The notes under the pieces are model-generated. The model was given only the letters and a program-made list of their open reading frames with translations. It was not told the DNA's origin and did not search any database. A DNA stretch of 64,000 bases. It comes from Minutocellus sp. GHC0000111 (taxonomy: Eukaryota). Where the stretch lies: positions 868,001-932,000 of the forward strand of contig OZ361260.1 of the NCBI GenBank assembly GCA_977018835.1, in the 5' to 3' direction. Each line of letters starts with the position of its first letter. Within the stretch, counting starts at the first letter, position 1. Made by a program: the position numbers and the translations under genes. Below, in pieces: positions 24,553 through 37,225 of this stretch.

Positions 24553-27101
24553 CATGGACGACGATCCGTGGGGAGAGGAGCCGTCCTGGGCCAGGGGCGA
24601 TGGAGGAGATGAGGATGACGATGAGGGCGAAGATGAGGGTCCCACGATCGGTGCGTCGCATGTCCTGGTGATGATTGATTGCAACCCCAGCATGTTCGTT
24701 CCCAGTATTCGTCTCACCTCCGACGACGATGATGATGGAAATCGGGACGATGTGGAAGCAGAAGACAATAGTGACCAGCAGGGCGGAGATGACGAAGGCG
24801 CGGCCATGGTCATCGACGATGAGAATGCTACTCGTACTTCAAGGCAGCAACAGCTGGTAACACCATTCGAGGCGGCGCTTCGGGCCACCGAGAAGCTGAT
24901 CAGGGGAAAGGTCAATTCCGTCGCCACGTCCCGGGGTGGGACGAGAGATGGTGTCGGTGTCATGCTGTTCGCAACGAAGAAGTTCAATCCCGATGAGAAG
25001 CTCCGCGACGGTGCCGATGGGGAGAAAATGAATGGAGATGGCACTGCCTTCAAGAAGTCTGGAGACTACAATGAGAATGGCCGGCCCAATGCCAGTGGAG
25101 ATGACAGCGACTCGGACTCGGATGAGGATGGGGATGGTATTGGTGGAGACGCGTACCTCACGTCGTTTTTTATCACCTCATCCCACTGGCACCGCCTGGA
25201 ACGGAGCAGACTCTCCAGATCCGTGGCTGTATCCCCGGCTTCGGCGGGAGCGGCAGCCGTGTGCAGCAGAAGTATCGACGGGATCTGGTGGAGGAGTTTG
25301 CCGATATCGAAAAAGGGGATGGAACGAGCACGGAAAATGATGGCATCGATTCGTTTTGTCCCCTCCGAAGCGCCCTTCATGAAGCATCGAAGGCGTTTTT
25401 GGAGGCAAGGTGAGTAGACTTTCCTTGGAAACTTATGCGTAGTGCATTTATTTATGTTGGACAATTGATTGATATCATTGCTTGTGCTCTCTAATACCTC
25501 ATCCCTTATTAAAACATACCAACAGATGCGTCAAGAAGCAGGCCGCAACCTCCAAGAATCCAGGTGATTCGAAGTCCTTGTGGATATTTACCAACGAGGA
25601 CAGTCCTTGCAGGGAGAACGAGGATGAGAAGAAGCAGGTAGTCACCGTTGCCAAGGATGCCGTTGAAAACGGCCTCCAGATAAACGTATGGCCCCTTCCT
25701 CGTCGGAATGCATCGTTCGACCGTTCCAAGTTCTATGCTGATATTACGACCAAGGATGTGTACTCGGAGCCCTCTGGCATGGAGACAACTGAAGAGTTTG
25801 CTCAGGGAGAGATTGATCTCGACGACTTGCTCCATGATATCGACAAGTCGTGGAAAAAGGTCCGCAAGGCCTCTACTATGGCCCTCTTCCTGCCTGGGTG
25901 GGAGAGCCGTCCTGCCAACCCTGGAATCGTGATGGATCTTATTCGTCCCGTTCAAATTAAACGCAAGCCTGTGGCCGTTATAATCAATCAAGAAACGAAC
26001 AAACGCACCGAAAAAATTACCACCCTCTTGGTGAAAGACGGAGATACCATGGGCGACGAAATCAAGAACAAAAGTCGCTTGAGACACTTCAGTGAATTCG
26101 GTGGGGCTCGAGCTCCTTTCACCCATGCTGAGGTGGACCTACTCAAACAGAAGGCTAACGCGAACGAAGAAGTCCATTGCGTGATTTTGAATGGCTTCAA
26201 ACCTATGAGCACTTTGCCCTGGAAGAGTTTTGAGAATACGTACTTCACGTACCCAAACGAAGAGAAAGTGCATGGCTCTAGGGCAGCTTATACCGCTCTG
26301 TACGATGCAATGATGCGGAAGCAGGTGTGGGGGGTCGGAGAGCTTCTACTCCGTGCCAAGAAAGCGTCAAGTCGGTTGGTCGCTATGGTACCCCAGGAGG
26401 AGGTTGTAGATGAGGAGGATGGGACGCAAGTGACGCCACCGGGAATTACTCTATATTCTTTGCCCTTTGAGGATGATATTCGGGCCATTGAGGAGCCCAC
26501 CGAGGACGTCGCCGATACGGATCTGGTTGATAAAGCTGTTGATCTAATCAAGGGACAAGCGTTGGTCGGTGTTGACTTCGGCTCTAGTTTTGAGAATCCA
26601 GCTCTCACCGCATTCTGGAACTACATTGAATCTGTGGCGATTGATATTCCTGAGCAGGAGGTTGAGAATCAGGTTGAAATGAATGCTGATGCGATTTTGG
26701 CCCATGCCGGTGCTCAGATTGAGGCCCTGAAACTTGTTTTACCAGAGGAAGAGGTGAAGGTGACCGCAAGTCGGAAGCGCAAGGCACCTACAGCTGATGG
26801 TTCTGGAGTTGATTGGAAAGAAAAGTATGACTCGGACAGCATCGCGAGCTGCAACGCTGCCACGCTCAAGAAGTATCTGTCATCTCAGGGGGAAAAGGTC
26901 TCTGGAAAGAAGGCTGATCTCGTCGAAAGGGTGCAGAGCAGTATCGCCGCACGCATTGCAGCCGGAACTATGCCAGGTTCGTCTGCAGCAGACGAAAATG
27001 ATGACGCCAATGCGGGCGATGCGGCAGACGGCGCTCCTGCTGCTGCTGCGGCGGCGGCAGATGCCATGGGTGAAGACAATGAGGAAGAGGTGCATGTCTA
27101 A
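24553..27101 (+). CDS. XRCC6: Ku70 (vWA + Ku core + SAP domain)
   Basis: VLVMIDC..SMF, DGVGVMLF, intron 25410-25525, WIFTNEDSP, LNGFKP, GSRAAYTAL, LPFEDDIR, FENPAL, SAP motif LKKYL..GEKVSGKKADLVERV. One frameshift at T6 25166-25171. Confidence 0.92.
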
Positions 27102-27358
27102 AAAAGAAAATGCAACGGGGAGTTCTATCTTGTATTTGTCTTGTGTGGTCCGAGCGGATAAACACACGACCTGGCTCCGAATAGTTGGAAGTAGGAATTC
27201 GTACATACCTCCATCTCTAACTGGAGCCACGTAGCATGTGGGTGCCGTGCATGCGGCACCCCAATATCAAGTAGAAAAGGACGATAGTACTACGTAGTAG
27301 CAAACAACTCATATTCACAATTCACGTGGCCTTTTAAACCCTTCTGGCTTTATCTTAG

Positions 27359-29858
27359 TTATCCCGTTTTCTCGGTGTCCGATAGCTCGTCAATATCTCC
27401 GGCACACCCACCCCCAAGCGACAAAAATGGCATCACACTCGATTCTAAGCTCGCAAGATTCGTTTCTGATAGAGTCTTTGTCATGGTTTCCAGCCCTGAC
27501 GATATCTTTGAACTCAGTTCAGAGGTTGCAGAACGGATCATGTCGTCGATAGCCTCTCCATCTGCCATTTCAGATGGCATTCCTTGGGGAGGCACAGTAC
27601 TTGTTACTTCTCTCTGTTTTTCACTCTGCTGCAAGATGTCCGCCAAGACTTGAGATCTTCTATCTCCGCCCCCTTGCTGCCTTATCGATGCCTCGACATC
27701 GGAATCGTTTTTATGCACCGAGCTATTGAAGGATGAATTTGGCGCTCCCGGGGTAATGTGCGCTGCGCTTGCATCTCCACTGTCTCTTCTCAAGTAACAA
27801 GTATCGGCCTTAATCTCTTCAAATGGGGGTGGAGCTCCATGATTTTCAGCTTCTGTTCCGGTCAGTTTTCCGTTGCGCCGGCGCCTTGATGCAAACCAAA
27901 ACGCCACAGCCCCAAGAGCAGCCACAATCCCCAAAACTATACCTACTGCAATCCCGGCAGTGTTGGTATCTTGACTGGTGCTTTGTGGCTGCATTGACGT
28001 CGATCCCTCATGACCGGCTGGGTTCTCTGCCGTGTGCATCGTGGGTGATTGAGTTGGTCTCGGTCCCATAGGTTGAGACGGGATCGTCGGGACAGGAATG
28101 CTTGGATCACGTGTCGGCACAGCAATTGGGCCCGTCACTGTTGTATGAGTGCCAATTTGCAAGGCATTTATGCGCCCAAAGATGTCGCCATAGATTAAAA
28201 GGTTGTTGTTGGGTGAAATGGCAAAGAGTGCCTCCACCGAATCCTGGCAGCCATCAAGGCGTGATAAATCTCGACAGTCAAATTGCCATCGGCGTTCTCC
28301 CGTGGCAGCATTGTATGCAATGACCTTTCCACTTGCATGCTGAATGGGTGTGAAAATAAATGGTCGAAAAATTGAGTTTAGAGAAGGGGGGTGTTGAATC
28401 ATTGGGGGCATTGGGGAACAATTGCTACGTAGTATCTCACCTCAATAGCGTAGACAGTACTTTGAATGCCCCTCGAAATCTTCGGCTCAGAAATGAATAA
28501 ACTTTCGCTGTTGCTATCAGTCCACTGGACATTGCCTGTCATCGCATTGACAGAGTTGAACGTAGTTGAACCCCCCGCAACGAATATACTCGTTCCATCA
28601 TCTGAAAGAGCCCCTGCCGCTCCCAGTGCTGCACCATTTGAGTTGAAGAAGCGAAATGAGGAAGAAGATACGAGTAGAAAATTTTGCGTGTGAATGTGGA
28701 CTGAGACTCTTTTCTAACCATACATTCACAAATCGAAGAAGCATGCCCGAATAGGAATTCCTATCACTTCAAAAACTTACGCTGGGTATCATTTCGGATG
28801 CTGGCCGATATCGTCCCCTCCCATTTGGCTTCAATCATTTCTTTTTCACCGATGCTCGTGACGAAGGTCCCCAGGTCAAATGCGGCGAGGCTAGATCCAG
28901 CCCCTCCAGCGTATAGTTTATCCCCATCCGCACTGATCACGCACGGAGCAATGGAACTTCGCAGCCATCTGCTCAAAGTTCGCAGTTCATATGCACCATT
29001 TCCACGGCCAAGTCTCAAATCATACTCTTCAGTTGGACTGAGGACGTAGATGCCACCAGCAAGAACATGGCCACCCCCTCTGTTTTCCGTAGCAAAAATA
29101 ATATCTCTTGTCTGTCCACGAATTTCCACCATGCGCAATGCGAGAGGACCAAACGGTACCGGCTGACTTTGCTTGGACGCCGTCACTTCGACACCCCCAG
29201 CCTCGGCTCCAGCTTCGTTCAGGACCACTACGCTTCCTCTATAAACATCAGGATCGTACACATTGCCCACCGCTTCATCTGGAACGTTCAGGGATACGTA
29301 CACTTTGGTGGGATCTGCTTGGCCAATGAGGGGAGTACCTTCGACATATCCAGACAAAGACACTTCCCAACGCAAGCTTCCATCTGAATTAACTGCAAGA
29401 ATGCGACTCTCAACATCTTCCTCTTCGATTCCCGACGCTATGAAAATCATTTCTGCCGTTTCGTCATTATATGCCATTGGCTGATTTTGTACAATTGGCA
29501 CATCGGAGACTGCATAAACGGCGAAGTGGTCTCCATCGTCGGTCTCGTGCAGGCTCACACCAGAGCGACAGTCTATGCGCCTGCCCTCAATCGGTGTAGG
29601 TTGAAAAGCGACGATATCCGCCACTCCACCAAACCCAGTTTCATCCTGCCACTTGCCATCCGCAACTGTTGCTCCATGCTTCGGCCCATCCTTCAGCGTA
29701 ATGATGCTCAAGGTTCCATCGTCTCTCGTGATGTAAAGACGACGACCATCTCCTGACGGCACAACGGCATTGTTCTTCCGAAGAAGTCCACTTGAACTTA
29801 TTCTCCCGTTTGTATGCGGTAGAGCGAACGACCAACGATGACTGGGCGAAGCAGTCAT
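27359..29858 (-). CDS. Multi-exon PQQ-like beta-propeller protein with a C-terminal transmembrane helix
   Basis: ILAVNSDGSLRWE..GTPLIG, AYNAATGERRWQF, LIYGDIFGRINAL; TM segment IAVGIVLGIVAALGAVAFWF followed by RRRR. Donor sites near 28780 and 28440; start uncertain. Confidence 0.6.
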
Positions 29859-30296
29859 TATTGCACTTCACGCCACTAAGATGCGCCAAACCACACGCGG
29901 GACCGGCCGGTCCCTCGCTGTCGTCTCTTCCCGTCCCAACTGGCCGGTCTATTCCGTCCGGTCGTTCCAAACCGAACAGGTTGCAGGTTGCAATGTGCCG
30001 ATGTTGCAATGTGCCGATGTGCCGATGTCGAAATTCGTTTCTGTGCTCTGTCCGTCGTCAGGGCGCTCGTCGACATGACGCTTCGCTTGCTTTGGGCAAG
30101 AGAGGACGACCGAATGCAAATTTGTTAGGAATCCTACATGTATGATCATTACCGAGAGCAAAGTAGATCTAGATCTACCATGGCACCATTATGCTGCTAA
30201 AAAAAGGCTTGGGCTTGATTTGAAGAGAAATCGCTGAGAAATTGTGCCTACATGTATTGCATGTTAAGTCCCTTGTCAGGTCACCACATGACACAT

Positions 30297-31535
30297 TTAT
30301 GCCTCAACGGCGCCATCACTCTTCTTGAGGCTTTGCGAGCCGTCATTATTGCTACTGACATTAGCCTTCCAAAGACCACTGGCGAGCTCAACAGCCGAGG
30401 CCGCCACGTCGCCATCATCTCCCGTCATGCGATTATAGTCGCTCTCAATGCTATCTCGATTCGCATGAAGGATAGACGGGTGGTACTTGTTCAGTAGGAC
30501 AGCATAGGACAGATATGCAAGACCGAAAGTGAAGCATACGAAGGAGAAGAAGAGTGAACCGGCAGGACCCTCGGGTCCCCCACGACGTCCATCTGCAAGA
30601 GCCTCCAGGGAGAAGCCACCGTAAAGACCGGCCATCGCAAATGCTGATGCGCAGAAGAAATAGAGACAACCTGTGAAGAAGCCAACCTCGAGCTGGCTGA
30701 TGATAGGACTTCGCTTGAATACTCGCCATCCAGCGAATCCCAATCCGACGACAACCAAAGACATCCAGCCAGCGATCATGAGGAAGTTATAAACATCGCC
30801 CTCTTCTCTCATGCGCTCACCTTCCTCAGCAAATAGCGATGTTATTCCAACCAGGAACGAAATGCCAACTCCAATGACTGAAAAAGCTGAGAGGTGCCTG
30901 AACCCATCACTCAACACATCAACATGACCGCTGGTTTGCGATTCTGCAAGGTCATCCACGCCATGATCTTCCTCCCCTGCCACTTTGGAGCTGCTCAAAA
31001 GCGTGAACGCCGAAAGTGAGGCGTAAAGCAAAGTGGTCACCAAGCCGAATACCGATAACATCTTCTGACCACGTCCCTCTTCATCTTCCTCCCTGTAATT
31101 GTTGTTGTTATTGTTGTAGTACTGGTAATTGTTTTGCAGGTATCTTCCATTGTTCTCTTCGCGTCTCTCAAAGTTGATGAAGTAAAAGCAAATGCACAGG
31201 CAGAGATTGGCATACAGCGCGAGCGATCCGCCGAGCATGCCAAGGCGGAACGTCGTTGGGTAACGGAACGTTTTGTACCCAACAATCGAAAGAGCAACGA
31301 GAACGATAATGGACCAAACGCACGCAAATATGAGTTGGCCCCGTTCTTCGGCCTCCGGTCCTTCCCACCACCACTCCCTCTCGCCGTTGTTGTTTTGTCC
31401 ATTGTTATTGCGATTCCTGTCATTGTCTTGGTTCCCTCCGAAGCTCGCCAAAATCGAAACAAGAACAATGACGCTGGTCGCCGTTAGAAAGGAATAGGCC
31501 CCGATGAGGGAGCGGAAGAGCAATTGGGGTGACAT
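30297..31535 (-). CDS. Multi-pass membrane protein of unknown function (two internally similar halves)
   Basis: 412-aa ORF with about 8 hydrophobic segments and Asn/Glu-rich loops. Confidence 0.75.
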   Translation of the reverse strand: MSPQLLFRSLIGAYSFLTATSVIVLVSILASFGGNQDNDRNRNNNGQNNNGEREWWWEGPEAEERGQLIFACVWSIIVLVALSIVGYKTFRYPTTFRLGMLGGSLALYANLCLCICFYFINFERREENNGRYLQNNYQYYNNNNNNYREEDEEGRGQKMLSVFGLVTTLLYASLSAFTLLSSSKVAGEEDHGVDDLAESQTSGHVDVLSDGFRHLSAFSVIGVGISFLVGITSLFAEEGERMREEGDVYNFLMIAGWMSLVVVGLGFAGWRVFKRSPIISQLEVGFFTGCLYFFCASAFAMAGLYGGFSLEALADGRRGGPEGPAGSLFFSFVCFTFGLAYLSYAVLLNKYHPSILHANRDSIESDYNRMTGDDGDVAASAVELASGLWKANVSSNNDGSQSLKKSDGAVEA

Positions 31536-31824
31536 GATCAGATCAGGAGTGTATCAGGTTGGTATATTGCAGCGAACCTCTTCAAGGGAGCGATCGCAGC
31601 ACGATGCAAGCAACTCTTCTACAATTCTGTTCTTCGGATCTTGTATCGGCCGAAAATGTACGGCGTAATCTGGCTGCAAATCTGCGAAACTGCGAAATCG
31701 TCTCTCTCGTCTTTCCGTCGCTCGCCCCTTGGCGCTCACCACGAGTTTTGCCTCCGTCCCGCGCCAAAGAACAAGCCAGTCGGCCCAAACTTATCCAACT
31801 ACAAAGCCAACACGCAAGGAAATC

Positions 31825-33021
31825 ATGAGCAAGACGCTTCACCGCAGCCTCGAGGCCAAACTGGCCGCCCTTGATGGTAGGTACATAAATCTCCATGGCT
31901 CTGGTCGCTCTTTGAAGTTCCAACACATCTTGTGTCGATTTTTATAATTTACTCTTGCTGCATCCAATATCTCATCATTCTTTCATTCTCTACTTTCTCC
32001 AACAATCATCAATGATGAAGGTCCCGAGTGGGATAGCAGTGACGATGAAGAAAATGTCCAGGTGATTTCTCAGGAGGCCGGTAACAAGGGAAAGAAGGCG
32101 AAGAAACAAAAGGGTGAATCTAGCAAGAGCAATGCCGACGGTCAGCAGCAGCCAAAGGCCAAGAAGAGCAAGGCAGAAAAGGCTGCCACCAAGGCCTCGA
32201 AGCCATCGTCTGTTATCTACCTCGGACATCTTCCTCACGGGTTCGAGGAGGCTGAGATCCGCGGCTTCCTCAACCAGTTTGGCAGTATCCGCAAGCTTCG
32301 TCTGTCTCGTTCCAAAAAGTCCGGCAACTCCCGTGGTTATGCCTTCGTCCAGTTCGTCGATCCGGAAGTTGCCGCCATCGTGGCCGATACCATGTCTGGC
32401 TACTTCCTCATGGAGAAGCGGCTGGTTTGCCACATCATGCCCCGCGATAAGTGCCACCCCGAACTGTTCGCCGGGCACGATCGCAAGTTCGTCAAGATCG
32501 ATTGGCAGGGCCTCAACAGGGAGCAGGTGAATAAGCCCCGAACGGCAGAGGGGATGAAGAAGATCACCGCACGGCTCGTCAAGAGGGAGGCCGCGAAGCG
32601 TAAGAAGCTTGAGGCTTTGGGCATCGAGTATGACTTTCCTGGATATTCGGCTGGGGTAGAGAAGGGTGAAGCTGCCGGCAGCACCGGTGGCAAGCGCAAG
32701 CGTAAGGCGAGCAAGGATGAAGGAAATGAAGATGGCGGTGATGAGAATGCACCAAAGACGCCCAAGAGAAGAGAGAGGAAAGGATCCGAGGTAAGCACCG
32801 ACGGAGAAAGCAGTACCAAGGCTAAGTCTGCCAAGAAGAAGTCCAGCAAGAAGAAGCGCAAGACGTCGGATGCCGAAGAGTTGGATGCCATTGTTGAAGA
32901 GGAGGAAATCCCCCAGACCAAGACTCCCAAGCAAAAGGGCGCATCGAAGCGAAGCGCCAAGACCGAGGTCAAGAAGTCAAAGAAGTCAGGCAAGAAGAAG
33001 CGCAGAGATTCGGTGCCCTAA
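31825..33021 (+). CDS. NOP15: Nucleolar RRM protein, NIFK/Nop15-like
   Basis: VIYLGHLPHGFEE..FLNQFG..RLSRSKKSGNSRGYAFVQF..TMSGY; Lys-rich tail; probable first exon from 31825 and intron ~31877-32020. Confidence 0.88.
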
Positions 33022-33166
33022 GAAAGTAGGAGTGGGCGTGCATCAATAAATTTGATGTATTCTATTCATGGTCTTGGTAAAAATATTAATTTTGCACTCA
33101 GTTTTCAGGTTGCTTTGTTCACGTAGGTACATGCAATAGCTGGTTTGCATCAAATATACTCCATAT

Positions 33167-33652
33167 TTACTTTATCCCACCTCCACATAATGCAATGAGC
33201 GAATCGGCACGTTCCATCATACCTACCAATTTGTCCGACAAGCATTTCTTCCTCCTCTTCACTTCTACATTGCCATGCGATTGAACAGAATCCACCTCCG
33301 CCGCCACTTTGTCCAACCGATAGCTCACCATACTCAGATCCTTCTTGATTTGTGGATATTGCTCCAGTATCTGGTCGTCAGATCCATCGACGGAGTTCAA
33401 TCTAGCAGTTTCAATGGAAATTTCCACCTGTTCCAATCTGTTCATTTCTCGAGGCACCGCGTTCGCCTCCAGCCCGTCCAATGCATCCCATGCCTCGCGA
33501 ATGTTCGGCTCGAGATGATCCCCTTCCCATACGAGACGAACAAAGCCTTTAGCGCCATACTTTGATATTGCCTTGGAGAGATAATATGTTACAAAAGCAG
33601 CCGTTACGCTCCCGGCAGCAGCGATTGCCAGGGTCTGGGAAGATGATCTCAT
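33167..33652 (-). CDS. BAG-domain protein with N-terminal membrane anchor
   Basis: LDKVAAEVDSVQSHGNVEVKRRKK.L resembles BAG helices 2-3; hydrophobic N-terminus. Confidence 0.65.
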   Translation of the reverse strand: MRSSSQTLAIAAAGSVTAAFVTYYLSKAISKYGAKGFVRLVWEGDHLEPNIREAWDALDGLEANAVPREMNRLEQVEISIETARLNSVDGSDDQILEQYPQIKKDLSMVSYRLDKVAAEVDSVQSHGNVEVKRRKKCLSDKLVGMMERADSLIALCGGGIK

Positions 33653-34301
33653 TTTGGCTTGGTGGGTTGGATGGCCTTGCAATTAAAAAATGGATGGTTG
33701 GTCATAGATGAAAAAAGAAGAGAAAAAGGAGATTAGAAGATAAGGGAAAAATCTCATTGCACATGCGACTTGGATTTGCGAGCATTTTTCACAATCAGGT
33801 GGCGCTCGAACGCATGCCCAAAAAAACGCCGGCATAAAAAGCGAAACGGAAGGAGGTGAGGAATCAACGCGTTTGTGGCCGCCGGTGTGCGTAGTTCGGT
33901 GCCGATTTTTCACCAATGGCGCTTCGGTGGTCACTGTACATGGCGCTGCTTTCGGCATATTTTCCAACGGCGGCGTATCATGGAATGACCCGCGATGAGA
34001 CGAGAGGTCCATCGTTCCCACAGAACTCATCGAAGAGAAAGTTGTCAGGGATTCTGCTATTGAGTCGAACAAGTCATTTATCTGCGTGATGGTTCGCCTT
34101 GCTTTCGCGTTGGGTTCGCTTCGATGCGATGACACTCATCATGCATCCATCTCATCTCCCGTTCTTTTTCACGCATTCGCACCTCCCCATCCATAATCTC
34201 TTTTACCACACAGATACTCAAAAGAAGATATTGCACTCGATCGATGGACGCGCAAGCCAAGCAGCAGCCAATTGAAATCCATTCCAAAATCCCACCAGAA
34301 G

Positions 34302-37106
34302 AAGATGCTTCGACGCAACAAAGTTAGCAATTACGAACCCAACGAAGAGCCTCCACCGCCCGACGATGGAGTCGTGAAGAGAGGACTGCCACCGCCGTCG
34401 GCAGCGAACGGTATGCCCCACTTGTCGTCCGGGGTGCCACGCAAGTTAGCCGGGAAGGAACCGATGGCGTTTGGTGCTTCTGAAGAAGATGACGACAACA
34501 TGGACGTGAGTGCAGACGGTGATAGTGAGGACGAGCTCAAGGTCAACGATGCTGGACGTCCCCCCGCGACCGATGAAGAGGGTGGTAACGACGACGACGA
34601 CGATAGTATCAACGATACGGATAGTGACGACGATGATTCGGACGATGGTGTTGAGCACCGTCCTTGGGACATTGTGTCGGGGAAGGTAGCAGCGGTCGCG
34701 GCTCTGGGCCGTAATGTTCAGAGGCCTCTTCCCGTTGGAGGATCCAGGGAAAATAGTGTCGCCGATGACGACTCAAGCAGCTCGTCGTCGTCGTCATCAT
34801 CATCGTCTTCGTCTTCCTCCGAAGACGAAATGGACAGCGATGGCGGCGATGATGACGATGATGACGATGAAGATATCGAAGGAGAGGGAGATATTGCGAG
34901 AGCAGGCACCGGTACCAGTGCGTATGGCGAAGACAGTAGCAGCAGTAGCAACAGCTCGGAGTCGGAAAGTAGTGATGACGAATCAGATGTCGAGGATGGT
35001 AACAAGATTCTCATTCACAAGAAAAAGATCATTGACGAAGGCTCTGCTGACGAAGATTCTGACGAAAACATTGAATTGGAGGACGAGGACGAAGAGGAGA
35101 TTGAAAGTGATGACGACGAAGCTGCTCGTATTGATGCAGAATTGCAGCGAGAGATTGAAGAGGCAGAGGAGGATGAGGACCAAAGCGAGGACAAGGACGA
35201 GGACCCTGCAGCCATCGAGGCACGTGAGCTAATGAAAACAGAATCCATTTCCGTCGAGGAACTCGAGGAAATCATTAATGGGTCTTCTCCTTCGTCGCCA
35301 AGTGAGCGTAACATTGACGCGGGTTCTGATATGGTAAGTGTTGACGTGCGCCTTACACATCTGCAGCTTATTCCTCGTGCATGTAATGTCGAGGGATGAT
35401 TTTAACCTCACTTTCATTTTTGCCGTATCACATGGCTCCACTTCCCAAAATGTGCCAGGAACTCTCGGATGCCGAGGAATTAGTAACAGCCATCGCTGAG
35501 ATGACTTCTGACGAAGAGATCGATGAGTTACTTTCGGATGCCTTTGAATTCGACTACATGAGCCAAGACGTCCTCTCTGCCGCCGTCAGGCTCCTTACGA
35601 CTTCCCAAGAAACCAGCGACGACCTCGCGTATGCTAGGTATCCAGTTCGCTTGCCTTCCAAGGATAATGCAGTGTTCTGGGTAGACGAGATGCTCACTAC
35701 AGTCTCACCGCAGTCCCCTGCCTTGTCTATTCTTTCGGGATCACAAGAACGTCGGGAATACGCCTCGAAGAAGATCCATGGCATGTTTCACTCCCAGTTA
35801 TCGGCTCTCGACATATCTCACATTAGTTTCCCCACCAATGATGCTCAAGAGTCGTCGGTGACCTTGAAAGGTCATCTCTTCGTGGGCTCATTTGCCGCTG
35901 CAGAATCGCGCCTTGCATTAGCTGCTCTTCATGTGACGCACGTCATTCAACTATCTTGTCATCCTCTGGATGAGCTCTGGATTGGCGACGGGGTGCGATA
36001 CTCAACAAACATTCTGCCCGGCTGCGAAAGCAAGGGCACTGATGCCATCTCTTCCATCATGGTGGAATCCGCTGGCCAAGTTGCCTCAACGCTGCAAGAC
36101 CCTCGCAAAAGCATGTCTGGGGAAGACTCCTCTGTTCTCGTAACTTGCTCCACGGGCGATGAGTACTCTCCATTAGTCTGTGCCTTGTTCTTGATGCAAA
36201 CGTTTGGGTGCGACGAGGACACTGCGATGGAGTATATGGTACGTGACCACGCTGTTTTGGTGAATGCTGGGTCTATTGTTATGGCTGCCGAGTGGTATTT
36301 CTTTCCATCTCGCCCATATATCATCCGCGCATGCTCATAGCCCCTGTTTTTGTTTGGCTTGTCACTCTTCTCTCCGCTTATTGCAGACCAAGCAACGGAC
36401 ATCTGTCAACATCGACTTAGCTCTACTCAAAGCGACACACGAGCTTGCATCGAAGTCGTCGAAGAAGGTGTCGCCGCTGTGCCCGAAGCGAATGTTATCC
36501 TCTCAAATGCTTTCGGCCATGCTCAAGGGCGAGAAAGGTGATTCTCCAAAGAGGCAGCGGATCAAGTTTAGCGAGTCTTTGTCTACATTGGACCAAAATA
36601 TTGAGAAGGGCGAGGCTCAGCGACCAGTAGACATCACCCTTCCAGAGCTTCCCCTCTTCGACCTTGGAGAGCCGGCTCATCCGTCATTCGCGCAGATGCG
36701 AGGTATGGAACGCGATGCTTCGTCATCGGAAGATGAGTACGAAGTGGAGATGGACAGACAGCTAGACGGAGAACTTCACGCAAAGGGCTCGGACAACGAG
36801 GAGTCAGAACCAGTGCCATTGCTGACACCGCCGGCCTCGCCGTTGACCATTCACGGAGACAAGGGCGATACCACCGTCTGCGAATGGCCATCGAATGTGG
36901 CAGTCGATTGCGCATACTCTACGGCAATCAACGAGACTCGTCCGCTATCACCCACCTCATTACAGAAACAGGAGCAAGATGAAGAAATACGTATACTGCA
37001 ATCACCGAAGTACCGCCAAAAGGCGTTACCGGATCCATCCACGGGCTTAACACCAAAAATCACGGGGATCAGCGTTGGATTTCGACCGCCTACTACATCG
37101 CAATGA
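34302..37106 (+). CDS. Acidic low-complexity protein with a degenerate dual-specificity phosphatase-like domain (3 exons)
   Basis: Introns ~35334-35458 and ~36239-36387. HLFVGS..A....L..LHVTHVI and VLVTCSTGDEYS..V.A.FLM; the P-loop Arg is absent. Confidence 0.6.
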
Positions 37107-37225
37107 AAAATTGAATTAATCTACAAAGTATGCATGCATGAAATAGGAATGTACCAATAGGATTATATGATCTTTACTAATTCGGGACATTATTTTGACT
37201 GTTGCTTGCCATTGGTGTGCTTTAC

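Noticed and set aside
24553..27101. Functional cluster linking Ku70, the MTase gene and the mobile elements
   Set aside because: They are separated by unrelated housekeeping genes; proximity in a gene-dense eukaryotic genome is not evidence.
33683..34135. 150-aa ORF between the BAG gene and the acidic-protein gene
   Set aside because: No motifs, and it lies in a divergent promoter region; likely spurious.
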